From NCBI GenBank assembly GCA_964016885.1, contig OZ024740.1:304854001-304918000 (forward strand): DNA of 64,000 nucleotides, in the 5' to 3' direction. Positions within the stretch are counted from its first letter, which is position 1. Every line of letters starts with the position of its first letter. A model generated the notes under the pieces. That model was not told the origin of the DNA and searched no databases. It was given only the letters and a program-made list of their open reading frames with translations. Made by a program: the position numbers and the translations under genes. Shown piece after piece: positions 1 through 13,722 of the stretch. This DNA comes from Eledone cirrhosa (Eukaryota).

Positions 1-258
1 TATGTGTATATGCATTTCTTCTAACTTTAATTTTATACCTAATTGTGTATGGTTGACGGTATATTTAATCGATTTCCACGTGCTGTTGAAATGTTGGGTA
101 AACAATCTCTGGCGGTTGGCCGCGAAGAGATTGCTGTCATTTATTTATCTACATATTCTAATTGGGAGAGGAAATGGTGTATATATATTATCAAATGATT
201 CTATGGACATACTTTATATTATATATATATATATATATATATATTAAATATATATACA

Positions 259-304
<46 letters not shown>

Positions 305-350
305 TATATATACATATATTATATATATACACACACACACATTTTATACA

Positions 351-1528
351 TATTGGATTGAAACATAAATTCCCGCCGTTGTTATAATTTGTTTGTTTTC
401 ACTCTATTTTTTCCTGTTTGGCTTAGTGAATATAGTCATAATTTGTTGGAATAATTTGTTTAAACAACTTTATTTTACTTTTTTTTTTGTAGCATTTGAA
501 ATGAAAATTTCGGGTGGCAGAAAAACCCATTTTCAACACTTGCTTTATTTCGCTTTTCGGCGTAATCAAAAAGCCGCCAAAGCAGCTCGGGATATTTGCG
601 CCGTTTACGGAGAGGATGCTATAGCTGCGAGGACTGCTCGAGATTGGTTTGCCAAGTTCAAAAATGGCAACTTCGAACTAGATGACGCACCTCGCTCTGG
701 ACGACCTACCGAGTTCGACCAAGACCATTTGGAGGCGCTTTTGAAAGAAGACAGTCGCCAAACATGCAGAGAATTGGCCGAGAAGATGAACAGCAATGCC
801 ACCTTCAATCAATTGGTTTTACTCAAAAACTTGGAGCTTGGGTGCCACACGAGCTTACCGGGGGAAAAAAAAAAATTATACAGTATTGTCACGGGAGATG
901 AGAAATGGTGTCTCTACATCAAAATGAAGCAAAGGAAGGAGTGGGTGGCTTCAGGAGACACGCCAAAGCTGAGAGTTAAGAAAGACCTCCATCCCAAAAA
1001 GACCATGATCTGCGTTTGGTGGGACTGGGAGGGTCTTGTGCACTGGGAGATGCTTGAGAAAAACAAAATGGTCGACAAGAATCTCTACATAGCCCAATTG
1101 CATCGTGTAAATGAGGCTATCCAACAGAAAAGACCCTATTGACAAGACCAAGTCATCCTGCTCCACGACAACTCCAGGCCCCAGCTTTCAAACATTGTCA
1201 AAGCTACCCTCCAAGAGATTGATTGGGAGGTTCTTCAGCACCCACTGTATTCTCCGGATCTTGCACCAACTGACTATCATCTTTTCCGCTCATTGTCAAA
1301 CCAAATGAGGGGCGTAACCTTCGACAATGACGAGGACCTTGCAAATTGGCTTAATAACTTCTTCCAGTCCAGGTCTGGCGATTTCTGGCGAAATGGCATC
1401 AATACATTGGTCGATAGGTGGGAACAGGTCATAAACAATGACGAAGAATACATACTTGACTAATTTGTTGTTATTATTATTATTTTCAATAAAACTTCTT
1501 AATAAAAAAAAAACGGCAGGGAATTTGT
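351..1528 (+). mobile_element. Decayed mariner (DD34D) DNA transposon, near full length
   Basis: HTH region (TARDWFAKFKNGNFELDDAPRSGRP), AWVPHEL at ~836-856 (shifted frame), TGDEKW, LHDNSRP at ~1161 and HPLYSPDLAPTDYHLF at ~1238-1285. Frameshifts and a stop are present. Partial TIRs: aaattcccgccgtt (~367) and aacggcagggaattt (1512-1526). TA at 351. Confidence 0.92.
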
Positions 1529-2139
1529 GTGTGTGAGTATGAATATATTTACATATGCACACACATATACAAGGTATTCATGAATACATATGTATACATA
1601 CATACAACCTCACACAGCCATACAAACACACACACATAAACAGTTGTGTAATTAAGGAACAGTATTTTTCTTAAATTAAAAACATTATTGAATTGAAGTT
1701 TCATCATTTGCATCAAGGATTTTTACATATTTCCTTGATTTTATACTTTTAGTTTAATATTCTTAAATCCATCAGTCTATCAATGTTTTCAGACTTTCAC
1801 AGCACCATCTCCAGAATAAGAATGTATGTAGCAGGGGCATGCTTTGCAGTGGCTGCAAAGGATTATCGGGGTACGAGCAAAATCTTCAATGTTGGGTTTA
1901 AGGAATATTCAAAAGTTAAACACCTGGTAGTTTTCATAATTAATTTCATGTATGGTGGATCATCATCAAAAGCATTTTCCAGGCTTACATGTGTGCGTGT
2001 GTGTGTGTGTGTGTGTATATATATAACAAAGTTTAATACCGAAATGGATTCTACAGGACTAGAACTGTTTCATTCGAAGGAAATCATATCGGTATCATCA
2101 TCATTTTACGTCTGCTTTTATATATATATATATATTATG

Positions 2140-2395
2140 TAGGTGACACAACAAAAACCACCCAGTCCACACAGTAAAGTGGTTGTGTAGGTGTCATGAC
2201 AAAAAGCACCCAGCCGACACTGTAAATGTGGTTGGCATTAGGAAGGGCATCCAGCTGTAGAAACAAAGCCAAAATCAGTTCTGTATGAGCAAGAAAATGG
2301 TCATCTGACATTGACTTGCCTCAAATAGGACAACCCATCTAACTTATGCTAGTGCAGAAAATGGACATTAAATGGTGATGATGTTGATGATGATA
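2140..2395 (+). mobile_element. RTE LINE 3' tail fragment
   Basis: Shares ttggcattaggaagggcatccagctgtagaaac and the (gat)n tail with the RTE copy ending at ~28637. Confidence 0.8.
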
Positions 2396-2410
2396 TATAT
2401 ATATATATAT

Positions 2411-2696
2411 TTTAGGGGTTGTAACACCCAGTTACTGTAGGTTCACCAGAATGAGCACTCAATGCGTAGTTTCCAGTAGGTATATTGGTGTTGCACTAAG
2501 CCGAGTGAAATACTAATAAAATAGAATAAAAAGGATGAAGTGTTAGATTTTCATTACATTTATTAAGGTGTGACGCACATTTCACGATTGATAAGCTCAA
2601 TACAGATCTAGCCTTGAGCTGATCAATCACAAAACGCACATCACACCTCAATGAACATAATGAAGATCTAACACAGCGTCCTTTTTATTTTATTAG
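2411..2696. mobile_element. Penelope-type pseudo-LTR fragment with inverted repeat (2513-2696)
   Basis: Imperfect ~85-bp inverted arms. Right arm has tgagctgatcaat (shared with 7596) and a decayed hammerhead 3' half. Flanked by (TA)n. Confidence 0.55.
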
Positions 2697-2778
2697 AATA
2701 TATATATAGGCATGTATATATATATATGTATGTTTATATGTGTGTGTGTGTCAGCATGGAAAAATGAATGTAAAAGGA

Positions 2779-2812
<34 letters not shown>

Positions 2813-3534
2813 TCATACATATGTGTGTGGGCACTTTTGTGATTATACATTTACTAAACTATACATATTTTATACACACACATATACACGTGTGTGTATG
2901 TGTGTGTGTGTGTGTGTAAAATATGTATACTTTTGTAAATGTATATACACAAAAGTGCCCACACTCATATGTATGAGTCTGTATTACAGTTTTAGAATTT
3001 CACATTCTCAATTGCATAAAATCAAAAATTAAACATTACTTTGTGAACTATTTATTCTTTCTTCCTTCTCAAACCTTCCTCATGAACAAAAACAAAAACA
3101 AAAAACAAAATAAAACTAAAATAAAACTAAACATTAAATAAATAAAAAATATACCCATTGCAACAAAAGAAATTTAACAACAATATAAATAAACTAAAAA
3201 ATGTTTATCTATTATGTTTTCTTTGTATTTTGTTTTTTTTTTCTTTTCTTTTTTCAAAAGATTGAGTTTCCTAAGAAAACATCCTTGATATGTGGGATTC
3301 TGATGAGTAGAAAAGATAGAAGACATGTTCAGATTTTTTCAAAAGAACAGAAAGACCCAATAATTTATATACTCAGCAGTAGGAAGTACAGATGTATGTA
3401 TATCTAGACCAGAAAATGTTCAAATGTTCTTTACAGAAATGACTGTGTATAGAGTGAGAGCACCAGGATAGAATATGGAGATGTTGCAGATAAGGTGCTG
3501 TACAGATATTACATACATACAAACACACACATGA

Positions 3535-3585
<51 letters not shown>

Positions 3586-3589
3586 CATC

Positions 3590-3777
3590 AGGATTAAACC
3601 AGTATTAAAATAGTTAGACCATTATTCAACAAAGTGCTCGATACTTGGGATAGTAGAGTGTGACTATGTTAGAAATGTTGGGGCGTGATGGCTGAGCTCT
3701 TGTCGTTTCGACAGCTAATTCCAGAGTCTGGAATTAGCTGTTGAAATGGCAAAAGCTTAGCAGTTGGGCCCTGATTC

Positions 3778-3785
<8 letters not shown>
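3590..3785. mobile_element. Penelope-type pseudo-LTR fragment with hairpin (3690-3761)
   Basis: gtttcgacagctaattccag / ctggaattagctgttgaaat inverted pair. Homologous to 23483-23640, 32608-32723 and 46027-46170. Lies between (TA)n tracts. Confidence 0.6.
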
Positions 3786-3824
<39 letters not shown>

Positions 3825-4437
3825 TTCGTATGGGGGGGGGGGGGTAATTGTGTGTGGTCTGTGTGTGTGTGTGTGTATGTATGTGTGTATGTTTTAAATC
3901 AGATCAAATGATCAGAGAAATCCAGAATTTAGAAAGCATTCGGTGTTATGAACAGAGTAGGTATTAGTTGGATAAATGCTTCCTTACAAATTGGGTGTGT
4001 TGCACATTACAGATGTTCATATATACATACTATGTCCTATACACATGCATATATATATACACACAAACACACACACACACACACACACACATGAATGTAT
4101 GTATGTGTGTGTGTGTGTGTGTGTGTTGAACTGAAATTAGCCATAACTATGTGGTTTTACAGTAACAGAGCTTTATTATTTTTTCTTTAATTTTTGCTTT
4201 GAGATGGTTTGTAAAAAAAATACAGTTGAACAGAAAAAGGTGACAGTAAAAATATGATGCTGGGGGTAGAAAATATATATAAAACTGCTATCTGTTGAGG
4301 GATAGTATGTAGATATTTCCTGCCAATCAGATGTGGTGTTCAACTGGCTACAGTTTATCGCTGTCTCAGTATATTATAGAAGAAATCCATGGGTTATTAT
4401 TTTTAGCTACAAATGCATGTGTACATGTGAGTGTGTA

Positions 4438-4775
4438 TATCCTTGGGTCTTGAATAATTGCCCCTCCTCCTCCCTGCTTTTTAATGTTTCAGATTTTTTA
4501 TACCACCCCTGCTCTTATTCCAACCTACCGTTTATTAAATTTTGCTAATCTATCTCCTGTGAAATTTTATTTTAATTGGTTGCACTCCTGTGATAATTAA
4601 TTTTATTTAGACATTAGAAAAACATTACAAGAAATCTCATATGTTATAAAATAAATTGGATAAGTTGGGGTTTCAAAGTAATTTTGATTTTTTTTTAAAT
4701 CAAGGGAGACAAAAATTACCGATTTCCCACCCCCTCTGCTTATTCTACCCCCCTACTATTTGGGACTCAAGAGTA
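4438..4775. mobile_element. Tc1/mariner-type MITE (related copies at 12552-12884 and ~21150-21430)
   Basis: Terminal inverted ends cttgggtcttgaataat ... tatttgggactcaagagta with TA ends. Three diverged copies share the internal sequence. Confidence 0.65.
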
Positions 4776-5109
4776 TGCACACACACACACACACACATAT
4801 ACATAAAGGGTCAAGAATATTCCTCAATGGTGTCAAAGACATGCCGACCTTCCAAGTGTTAGTGCCATGATTGCACAGTGTCTTTAGAATGCTGAAACCT
4901 TTGTAAGGCGAGGTGAGCTGTGATATCTGTCACTCTGATTAAGTACTGACATGACTTGGACAAGTTCTCCAACCCTTTTTGCTAGCAGGGAAAACAAATG
5001 TTAAATAGTGATGATGATAATGATGACACTAAAACACCAAACAAAGGAGCCATGTCAATCCTTAGTCCCATCCACAAAAAAAAAAAAGAAAAGAAAAAGG
5101 AAACAGGCT

Positions 5110-5990
5110 TGACCCTGCTAATGATAGAACAATATTATTTACAACTATTCTAATTGAGATATTCACTAAAATTTTGCTGAACAGAATCATGGTAAATATG
5201 GAATAAAAATTGTCAGAAACTCAGATCAGTTTAAGGCCAGGTCATGAGACCATTGATGCAACTTTGATATTGTGTCAGTTGTTAGAGAAAGCAATGAGCA
5301 TCAAATTCACTCCATTCACATGTTTATACTGTTTCAAGTGTAATTCAATATAATATGGAGAGAAACTTTATCACTAACACTTTGTAAATAGGTATTAATT
5401 CTACATCAGTTAGTCTAACTAAAGACTTATATATAACAACTCAACATATGATGTGGCAGTGGACTATGAGTTGACTAACCCGTTTGATGTCAGAGTGGGA
5501 ATGAAGCAAGGATGTGTTTTGTCCCCACCCATATTCAACGTTTACTTTGATTATGGGCTCCAAAATATATAACATACTGACAGTGAGTTCTCCTCCAAAC
5601 ACAAATTGAACATAGATCTTTGTTACACAGATAACACCCCTTTAATTTCAATCAAAGAGAGAAAACTGGTAGAAGCCACTGAAACACAGCTTGATGGATG
5701 CAGAAGTTGAGGTCTGAAGTTAAATCCACACAAATTTGTCAATGAATAGCACAGAGGTAAAGAGAGTGAACTCTTTCAGATACCTTAACAAACTGACATC
5801 AGCTTTTCAGCCATTTGACAGGCTAAGAAAGAAAATAAGGCAAAACAGGAAGATCAACTAAAAACTACAACCGATACCTGTATAATATACTCATCTTCTA
5901 AACAACTACATATGGGAGCAAAGCCTGGACTCTTAAAAAAGGAAATGAGAATAGACAACACTCCTTTGAGAGGTTTACAGCCGGAGTAAT
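5110..5990 (+). pseudogene. Highly decayed RTE-like LINE reverse transcriptase
   Basis: Manual translation gives KILLNRI...LSETQISLRPGHETIDATLILCQLLEK and ELTNPFDVRVGMKQGCVLSPPIFNVYFD, plus a YTD remnant of YADD. Many stops. Confidence 0.8.
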
Positions 5991-6370
5991 GCTTCAGTCA
6001 TGTTGTCTGTGCCAACCAGAGACATCTATGCTTTACTGAGTATTCAAGGAGTGAGAAAAAGTGGCAAACCTAATGAATTCTTCAACCAATTAGTTTCAAA
6101 ATTTCACTAAACACAAAACTCCTGGAACCTTGAGTCACTAGAATAGTTTTGCAGCTATAATATATATATATGAACAAATGGAGGATGATAGGTCATCGGC
6201 ACGGCACAGCTTTAATCGGGCCATCTGTTTACAAACGATTCGAATATTATTAATGTTCAATAATACCCATACGTACATATGTATGTGTATATATGTGTGT
6301 GTATATATATGTGTGCATGTATGCACACATACACATATATATACACACACGTATGTATACATGATATAAA

Positions 6371-6567
6371 TACGAAGGTTGGCTGAAAACTTCATAGGCT
6401 GACTATGAAGGAGTGATGCTAGCACTGTGGAATCTGAAATCTTGCATGCATTATTTCAACTCTTCTTATTAATAATTGCATTGTTTCTTTCTAGGGATTA
6501 TGTTGAAAAATAAACCTCATTTGGTCATTCATGAGTATCTCGGTCAGCCTATGAACTTTTCAGCCAA

Positions 6568-6575
<8 letters not shown>
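6371..6575. mobile_element. Mariner-derived MITE (~205 bp)
   Basis: ~33-bp TIRs tacgaaggttggctgaaaacttcataggctgac and gtcagcctatgaacttttcagccaactctcata, with TA at both ends. Confidence 0.85.
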
Positions 6576-6609
<34 letters not shown>

Positions 6610-6970
6610 CATGTATGTAAATAAATACATATGTACATACATGGATACATACGCACACACACACATGCAGTGATTAAAAGGAAAGAGCATGTCTTGTGAT
6701 GTGCTCATATTTATTGAGTCACTCTTGTATATGTATATAATTGGGTTTCCTTTATTCAAATAAGAACAAATGACCCATTCATTGCTCTACTAACTGAGCT
6801 ATATATTTTCCCCCCTATTGACCTCAGTTCAGCTGTAAATTTAGAAGAGGGGCTTTTGAGGTCAAAAATTGAAAAGAAATATAAAACTCTGTTGTATTAA
6901 AACCACATTGTTATATATATAGTCACTGTTTAACATCAATTTTCCCATGCTTCCATATATGTATGCTGAA

Positions 6971-7005
<35 letters not shown>

Positions 7006-7469
7006 TGTGTGAATATACGAGAGTGCATGCATGCACACACACACACACACATATATAAGTTAAAGAGTAAAGAACTGAATGTTGTACATGAAAAATTCTT
7101 AATTTATTGAAATTTTTGCCTAATACAAAAGATATTGGTTGCAATTCCTAAATAAAAAAAAATTATTCCATAATATCAATAATTCCTTTCTCAGGTCAAT
7201 TCCTAAACCTAGGGAGGTCAGAAAAAGAATTGTGTATTTCCAGCTAAGAATATTTTCCATAATTAAAAAGAAAAATAGCAAAGGGAAATAATAGAAAGAA
7301 GCCAATGTCATAAGTACATAGGAGAAAATTTCAAGAAATTAAGAATTAGGGAAAGAACAGTCTTATCTTTGTTTATATTCATAATACACACACACACGTA
7401 CATATATACACACACACACGTACATATATACATACATACACCTACAAACACATAAATATACAATGTTAT

Positions 7470-7800
7470 GTAAGTAGAATTGAAGTCAGTGTTGCAACAT
7501 ATATTTAAACTTTACTGACATATTACAATTGTTTCAATATCGATCATCTTAGGGTACAACCAAACAGTCGGGCCCTAGTCATTGTCATTGTACCCTGAGC
7601 TGATCAATATTGAAACAATTGTAATATGCCAATAAAGTTTATATACATGTTGCAACACTAACTTCGATTCTACTTACTTTATTTACACTCTGCACAACAA
7701 CAGCCACCTTAACTCTGGAATACAACCCAACATGAGGTGCATGTCATAAGAGCATTCAGTGCTTCAAACGGTGCACTGCTTGTAAATGTAGTTACACACA
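7470..7800. mobile_element. Penelope-type inverted pseudo-LTR (hairpin 7470-7677)
   Basis: ~90-bp imperfect inverted arms. Right arm carries the hammerhead 3' half GAAAC-AATT-GTA (7612-7623) followed by aataaa. Confidence 0.65.
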
Positions 7801-7822
7801 TAACTAACACACACACACATAC

Positions 7823-7871
<49 letters not shown>

Positions 7872-7941
7872 TATATATATAAACACAGACATATATGTGT
7901 ATACATATATATACACATATATATATACACACACATATATA

Positions 7942-7987
<46 letters not shown>

Positions 7988-8689
7988 TACACATATATAT
8001 ACACACATACATATATATACACACACACACATACATACACATACATACATATACACATATATATACACACACATACATATATATATACACACATACATAC
8101 ATATATATATACACACATACATACATATATATACACACACACACATGTATGTATATATATATATATACACACACATATTAATATATTGATATTTGGGTAC
8201 AAACAAGAGAAAGAAGTAATTAACACATCATATGGAAGTTCAGAATATTTATATTGACAGCTTTATGTATTTTTGTATTACCAAATGGTCTCATGGTCAT
8301 GAAACTGTTTGGTAATGCAAAAATAAGTCAAACTGTTGATATATATATATATATTCAAAATATGGGTGTGTAGGTGCACAGGACAACGACAATGGAAAAA
8401 ACAATGGAAAAATAGTCCCATCTCCTCAGTCAACCTCTGAAAATAACTAGTTTTGATGCATGAGATGGGATTGTCTGTTTTTCCATATTTTTTCTTGTCT
8501 TTGTCCTGTGTACCCCCTATTTTTAATTCATATTCTAAAGACTTAGCCATGTGGGCTTTTTTTTTTTTAAAACACACACACAATATACGTAATATATGTA
8601 TGTGTGTCTATAATATACACATATATATATATACATATTCAAATTATGTATCTATCAATATGTATGTAGATTGTGTGCCTGTATGTGTA

Positions 8690-9030
8690 CATACACACAT
8701 AAGCACGTTTCTCTGTGTGTGTGTTTATGTGTACATACATAAGCACATTTTCTACATATGTGTGTGTTTGAGTATGTGTACATTCACACATAAGCACATT
8801 TTCTATATATGTGTGTGTTTGTATATGTGTTTATGTGTACATATACACATAAGCAGATTTGTTTATATGTATGTGTGTGTTTGTGTATGTACATATGCAC
8901 ATAAGCACATTTATTTTCTATGTGTGTGTTTGTGTATGTGCATGTACATACACACTTAAGCATATTTTCTATATGTATGTTTGTGTGTGTGTGTATGATT
9001 ACATACACACACAAGCACATTTTCTGTGTG
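8690..9030. repeat. Degenerate ~45-50-bp minisatellite (cacataagcacattttct...gtgtgtgtttgtgtatgtgtaca)
   Basis: ataagca motif recurs about seven times with (tg)n spacers. Lies just downstream of the PKI stop codon. Confidence 0.8.
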
Positions 9031-9221
9031 TGTGGGTGGGGGGTGTTAACTCAAGTAGGTATAGTAGATAAGGCTCACAATAATTACAAAGGGCAGTGGA
9101 ACCCAAATGCCACCATTTTAGCAGTGTCATCCTCTTTCCAACGATGTTTTACTTTGAAAAGATTTTTTAACTGTCTTGTGTGATAAACCATTGTTGCAAT
9201 GGAAGTTATATAAAGGTATGA

Positions 9222-9337
9222 TTATGTTGATGATTTTGATGGTTTTGATGATGATAATGATGATGATGCTGAATCTGGATTGCTTCCACTCGTTGATGGA
9301 GCAGCTGTAGAAACCATTCCAGGTTGTTGGTCATCAT
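9222..9337 (-). CDS. PKI: cAMP-dependent protein kinase inhibitor (PKI), last coding exon
   Basis: Acceptor tttcattgtttttcag|AT at 9338/9337. Phase matches the phase-1 donor at 20687. Reads (D)DDQQPGMVSTAAPSTSGSNPDSASSSLSSSKPSKSST-TAA, a low-complexity tail as in PKI proteins. Total CDS is 270 nt (89 aa). Confidence 0.75.
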
Positions 9338-9802
9338 CTGAAAAACAATGAAATCTTGATTACAAACTGTTGTACATATGTTTGTTTGTGTTTGTTACTT
9401 GAGTTTTGACAAGATAGCTGGGGCCACCCTCCAGGTACTTCAAGTTGTACTCTGCCCATATTATCATGAAGTCCTTTTTAGGCATTACTTTATAGCTGGG
9501 TGACCTCCCAAACTTTTATTACATGCAGAGTTACAGCATACCTATTCTAAATGGGTAACTCAGAAATATATGTTGGCAATGATTGATGGAGGATAAGCAC
9601 CATGCCAAATATGGAAACAATATTCCATAATGAGATATATTTAGATCATGGAGAAATAACAAACAATTGTTTATGGCTGGAGTTCTTGGTTTTTGGAGAA
9701 GGACAAGTCTCCATATTACAGGGTTGGTGACTGATTCATAGAAAGTCACTGGAAATGATAAACCTTTGGAGATTATGAATCATTAGTGGAGAAGCATAAC
9801 AG

Positions 9803-10040
9803 TTAACCCTTTTGACATCAAAGAGGCCAAAACCGGCCCTCCCTGGTTCTATGAAAGAAAACTACCCATTTCAAACAATTCCTATATAAATTTATATCTT
9901 CCAACATAATATTATACAGGAACCATATGTTAAGTTATATTAGGAACGAAATAATTAATAATTTGAGTAAATCCTTCAAAATTCTGCATTAATCAATTGA
10001 AAGAATATATTTCTTTAGAAATACAGTAACTAAAGAGTTA
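9803..10040. mobile_element. piggyBac-like MITE, diverged (related copies ~14424-14670, ~22949-23187, ~55020-55240, ~56993-57200)
   Basis: ttaaccct... and ...aaagagttaa ends: TTAA target duplication with CCCT-like termini. Confidence 0.6.
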
Positions 10041-11489
10041 ATGAAATAAGAGGCAATATTTTATGGTTGGATCATCTTCCTGGCACCAACACTTTTAGTT
10101 GCCTCTTATGACATAAAGAGTATAGGGTAGCTATTCTAAATGGTGAGAAGAATTTTCAGTAGGTGGTTTACAAGTTACATATTGTCAAAAGCTATGCTAA
10201 TATCAAATGCAAAATAGATATCTAATCAAGAGGCCATTATAATACCATGTAAGAATATAGCAGAAGTGTAAACTATCAGTCAATCTCTGTGTGTTGGTTT
10301 GTGTTGTGTTAATAATATTACGTAATTATTAAACATAGATGTATTTATTGTGATATTTTTATAAAGGATGCCACAGAATGTACGATAGATAATGATTACA
10401 ATATTTTTGAGTAACAACTCTAGTCCCACACTTTTGAAGGTTTATTATAACATTCTGTGGCTCTTTTGAGCTTGCGCATTTTTCATGTCTAGTTTAATAT
10501 TTTTTTAAGGCAACGCTTGTAATAACTCTAGTTAAACATGATATATATTAATAATAAATTATCGTTGTAATGTAATTAGATTATATAATTGTTATTATAA
10601 ATGATCTTATAAATATTAGTGTAAGATGTATAAAAATATTTTCAGACTTTTAATATAAACAACAACAAAAAACAATCAATATTAAATCAATATATTATAC
10701 ATAATAGAAAACATAAAATAAATAAACAATATAAAAATAAATATTTACATACAATTGCAATTATCAGTCTATATAAATTTTCTTTATTCTCTGAGCAAAT
10801 TAATGAGATATATTACATTTGTTTTAAAAATAGTTAATATAAATTTTTTAAAATCATATAACGACGAAATAACAAAAATAAATGAACTAGGAAAACAAAC
10901 AAAAAACATGGCGGATGCTTTTGAGCAACACTTACTCTGATTGGTTGAAAATTAGCCAATGGCATGTAATCACCACGGCCAGACCTTGAAAAAAAATTGA
11001 CGATCTACACATATATGTTAGAACACTAAAAGTGACTAAAACATTCTGTTGTTAGTCACTTCGTGTCTAACAGATATATATATATATATATATATAAGTG
11101 CTGCAGAAAAGAATGCAATCCCTTGAACAGAAACTGCTACCCTCTTTCAGTTACCTATTAAGGATATTCTATTTTACATTGCCATTGGGAAAAGTATGAC
11201 TATCTCTTAATGTCTACTTTTCCTTGTATTCTTCTACTAACAGATACTTACTTCCAAACAACTAAGATTGGGTATCACAGCAGAGCCCCGTAGAAGGGAG
11301 ATAAGCACAGTTTGACCAGGCAAAAACCCACTTTTTGCTTAATAATTTTCATGTCAAAATACATCTTAGTAAGATTATTACACTTGTATGAGATAATTAT
11401 TGATTGGGTGATTATATATATATATACAAAAACATATGTGAGTGTGTAAATATGTATGTGAAGACACATACATATTATAGAAAGGGGTT

Positions 11490-11650
11490 AATTGTGGTCT
11501 GGAGAATTATAAATAACAAGAGGAACAGTGGACAGAGCCTTGATGAACACCTACCAGCACATTGAATTCCTCACTAAACTCATTATTAGTCTCACTTTAC
11601 TGGCAGAATCTCTCTACATGGTTTGTACTGCTCTCTCAAGCCACTCATAC
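11490..11650 (-). mobile_element. RTE RT fragment
   Basis: Reverse strand reads EWLERAVQTM*RDSASKVR..NNEFSEEFNVLVGVHQGSV, homologous to the ORF at 34596. Confidence 0.75.
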
Positions 11651-11755
11651 ATAATTGAGGATAACTTAGAAGCATGTACAATGCTTTCACTAATGCGTTA
11701 GTTGGGAGAGAATACAAACGCTCTCTTGGTCCTTTCACATATGGCCTAGCAAAAC

Positions 11756-12012
11756 CAGGGCCAGATTTAGACGGGGTTCATACACAAAAAAATTAGAATA
11801 CAAAGCAAACCCCCAATTTTACATATCAAAGTCAGCTTGGTGTAAGTAATTGGAATTGAAAAGTTATACATATAGGTATTAAATTTTAAAATATTTAACC
11901 ATCCTAAAACTAAAACAGCAGAGGACACAAATAAATTGCTAAAGCTGTCATTGGTGGGCCACCCACTGCAGGGGGCCCAAGGAAATTGACACCCTCATTA
12001 AATCCAGCCCTG
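11756..12012. mobile_element. hAT-like MITE
   Basis: TIRs cagggccagattta and taaatccagccctg. Flanks agcaaaac / agcataaa resemble a decayed 8-bp TSD. Confidence 0.7.
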
Positions 12013-13199
12013 AGCATAAAATCCAGGATGTGATAGAGGGAGAGAGAGTTGAACTAACACTATGCTGCTACTATCTTTGTTAACTCTGAAGAGATGGAAG
12101 ACAAAGTACACTTGGCTGGGTGAGCAAATATTGCAATACATCAAATCAATGCTCTAATGATTCTGTCAAATCAACTGCTTTAGGAATGACATCTAACCAC
12201 GAGTCCTTAACTCCTGATGGAGTTGTAGCAGCACCATCATTACTATAGTATTCAAACCTGGTGATGCCAAACCTTTTCCAAGTTGAAACAACCTATTTCT
12301 TCCAGAAAGAGTTAGAGAAGGAATCAACTCCTGTTTCAAACTGATACCTTAACTTTGAAAGGATGAAAGGAAAAGCTGGCCTCAGAGGGATTTGAACCCT
12401 GAGTACAGAGAGCCCAAACTACAAAGCCTTCTAACTGATCTTCTTATGACTGCCACTTTTCTGCTTTGAGGAATAACATACTGTAAACAAATATCTATCA
12501 TAATCTTTCTCTTTTTGATCATGGATACAGCTTAGACCAGCATTGTTTTTGTACACTTGGGTCTTGAATAATCACTCTTATTCCACCACCCCATCCCCAC
12601 TATTAAATTTTGTTAATATATCTCCAGTGAAATATTATTTTAAGTGGTTGCATCCCTGTGACAATTAATTTTCTTTATACATTTTAATGTATAAAAAGCA
12701 TTATATATGACAAAAAAAGAATATTACAAGAAATCTCATATGCTATAAAATAAATAGAATGGGTTGGGGTCTCAATATGTAAACTAAATGACTAATTCTG
12801 GTTTTTAAAAAAAAACAAGGAAGACCCCCACCTCCGGCTTATTCCAAGCTACCTTCCCTCCCTATTATTTGGGACCCAAGAGTAAAGCTTTTAGCATTTG
12901 GGAAAAACTGAATTTTATATAAGAACATAGACACAAATTTATATGAGAAAAAAAATCATATACTCGTTATTTGCAAGAACACAAGTGATACTTTTTAAAT
13001 TGAAAGCAAAATTAGGTTGCAGACATGGATCAAGAGAAATTTGCTGCCACGTTGCAATAGATGCCATAACATTTTGATGAATAATGAAAATAACCAAACA
13101 CAGCAGTTAGCTGCTAAATACCATGAGACTACTACAGCAATATGATATAGAAATGCTAGGAGGCTATTGTAAACATAAGAAAAATGGATTGCCAGGGCA

Positions 13200-13722
13200 C
13201 TACAGAATATTACAGAAATGTATTGTAGGGATATTGCAGGGTAGTAGAGGCTCTGCAGGAATGTGTTATACAGCTGGAATGTGTTGATGTGTTGTAAGGA
13301 TACATCAGAGAGGTATGGTATGAAGTCTGATGCTGCATGGGTTGTGACTGCAGAGAGCATGCATAGACTGGAGAGAAATGAAGCAACCATGCTTCGTTGG
13401 ATGTATAATGTAAATGTGAGAGAAAAGCAGATGAATTGAGGGAGAAAATGGGTTTAAGAGGAATCCGGAGTGATGTGAAGGAGAGAAGACTGTGTTGGTA
13501 TGGACATGTGATGTACATGGATGAAGACTGCTAGGTGAACAAGTGCCAGGAAATCCCAGTAGAAGGAAGTCACAGTAGAGGTAGACCAAGAAAGATCTGA
13601 GATTGAGAGAGCTAACCTCAAATTGCTGAGACTCAGAGAGGAGATGACAAGTGGGGAGATGCTGTGTTGAGAAGGACCCTTCTAACCATGCAAGTGTGGA
13701 AAAACAAACGTAATGATGATGG
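13200..13722 (+). mobile_element. Decayed RTE LINE 3' portion
   Basis: RLERNEATMLRWMYNVNVRE and WYGHV motifs, ending in a (gat)n tail. Confidence 0.8.

Noticed and set aside
1783-2142. 119-aa ORF in non-repetitive sequence
   Set aside because: No recognisable motif on either strand, and it runs into microsatellite.
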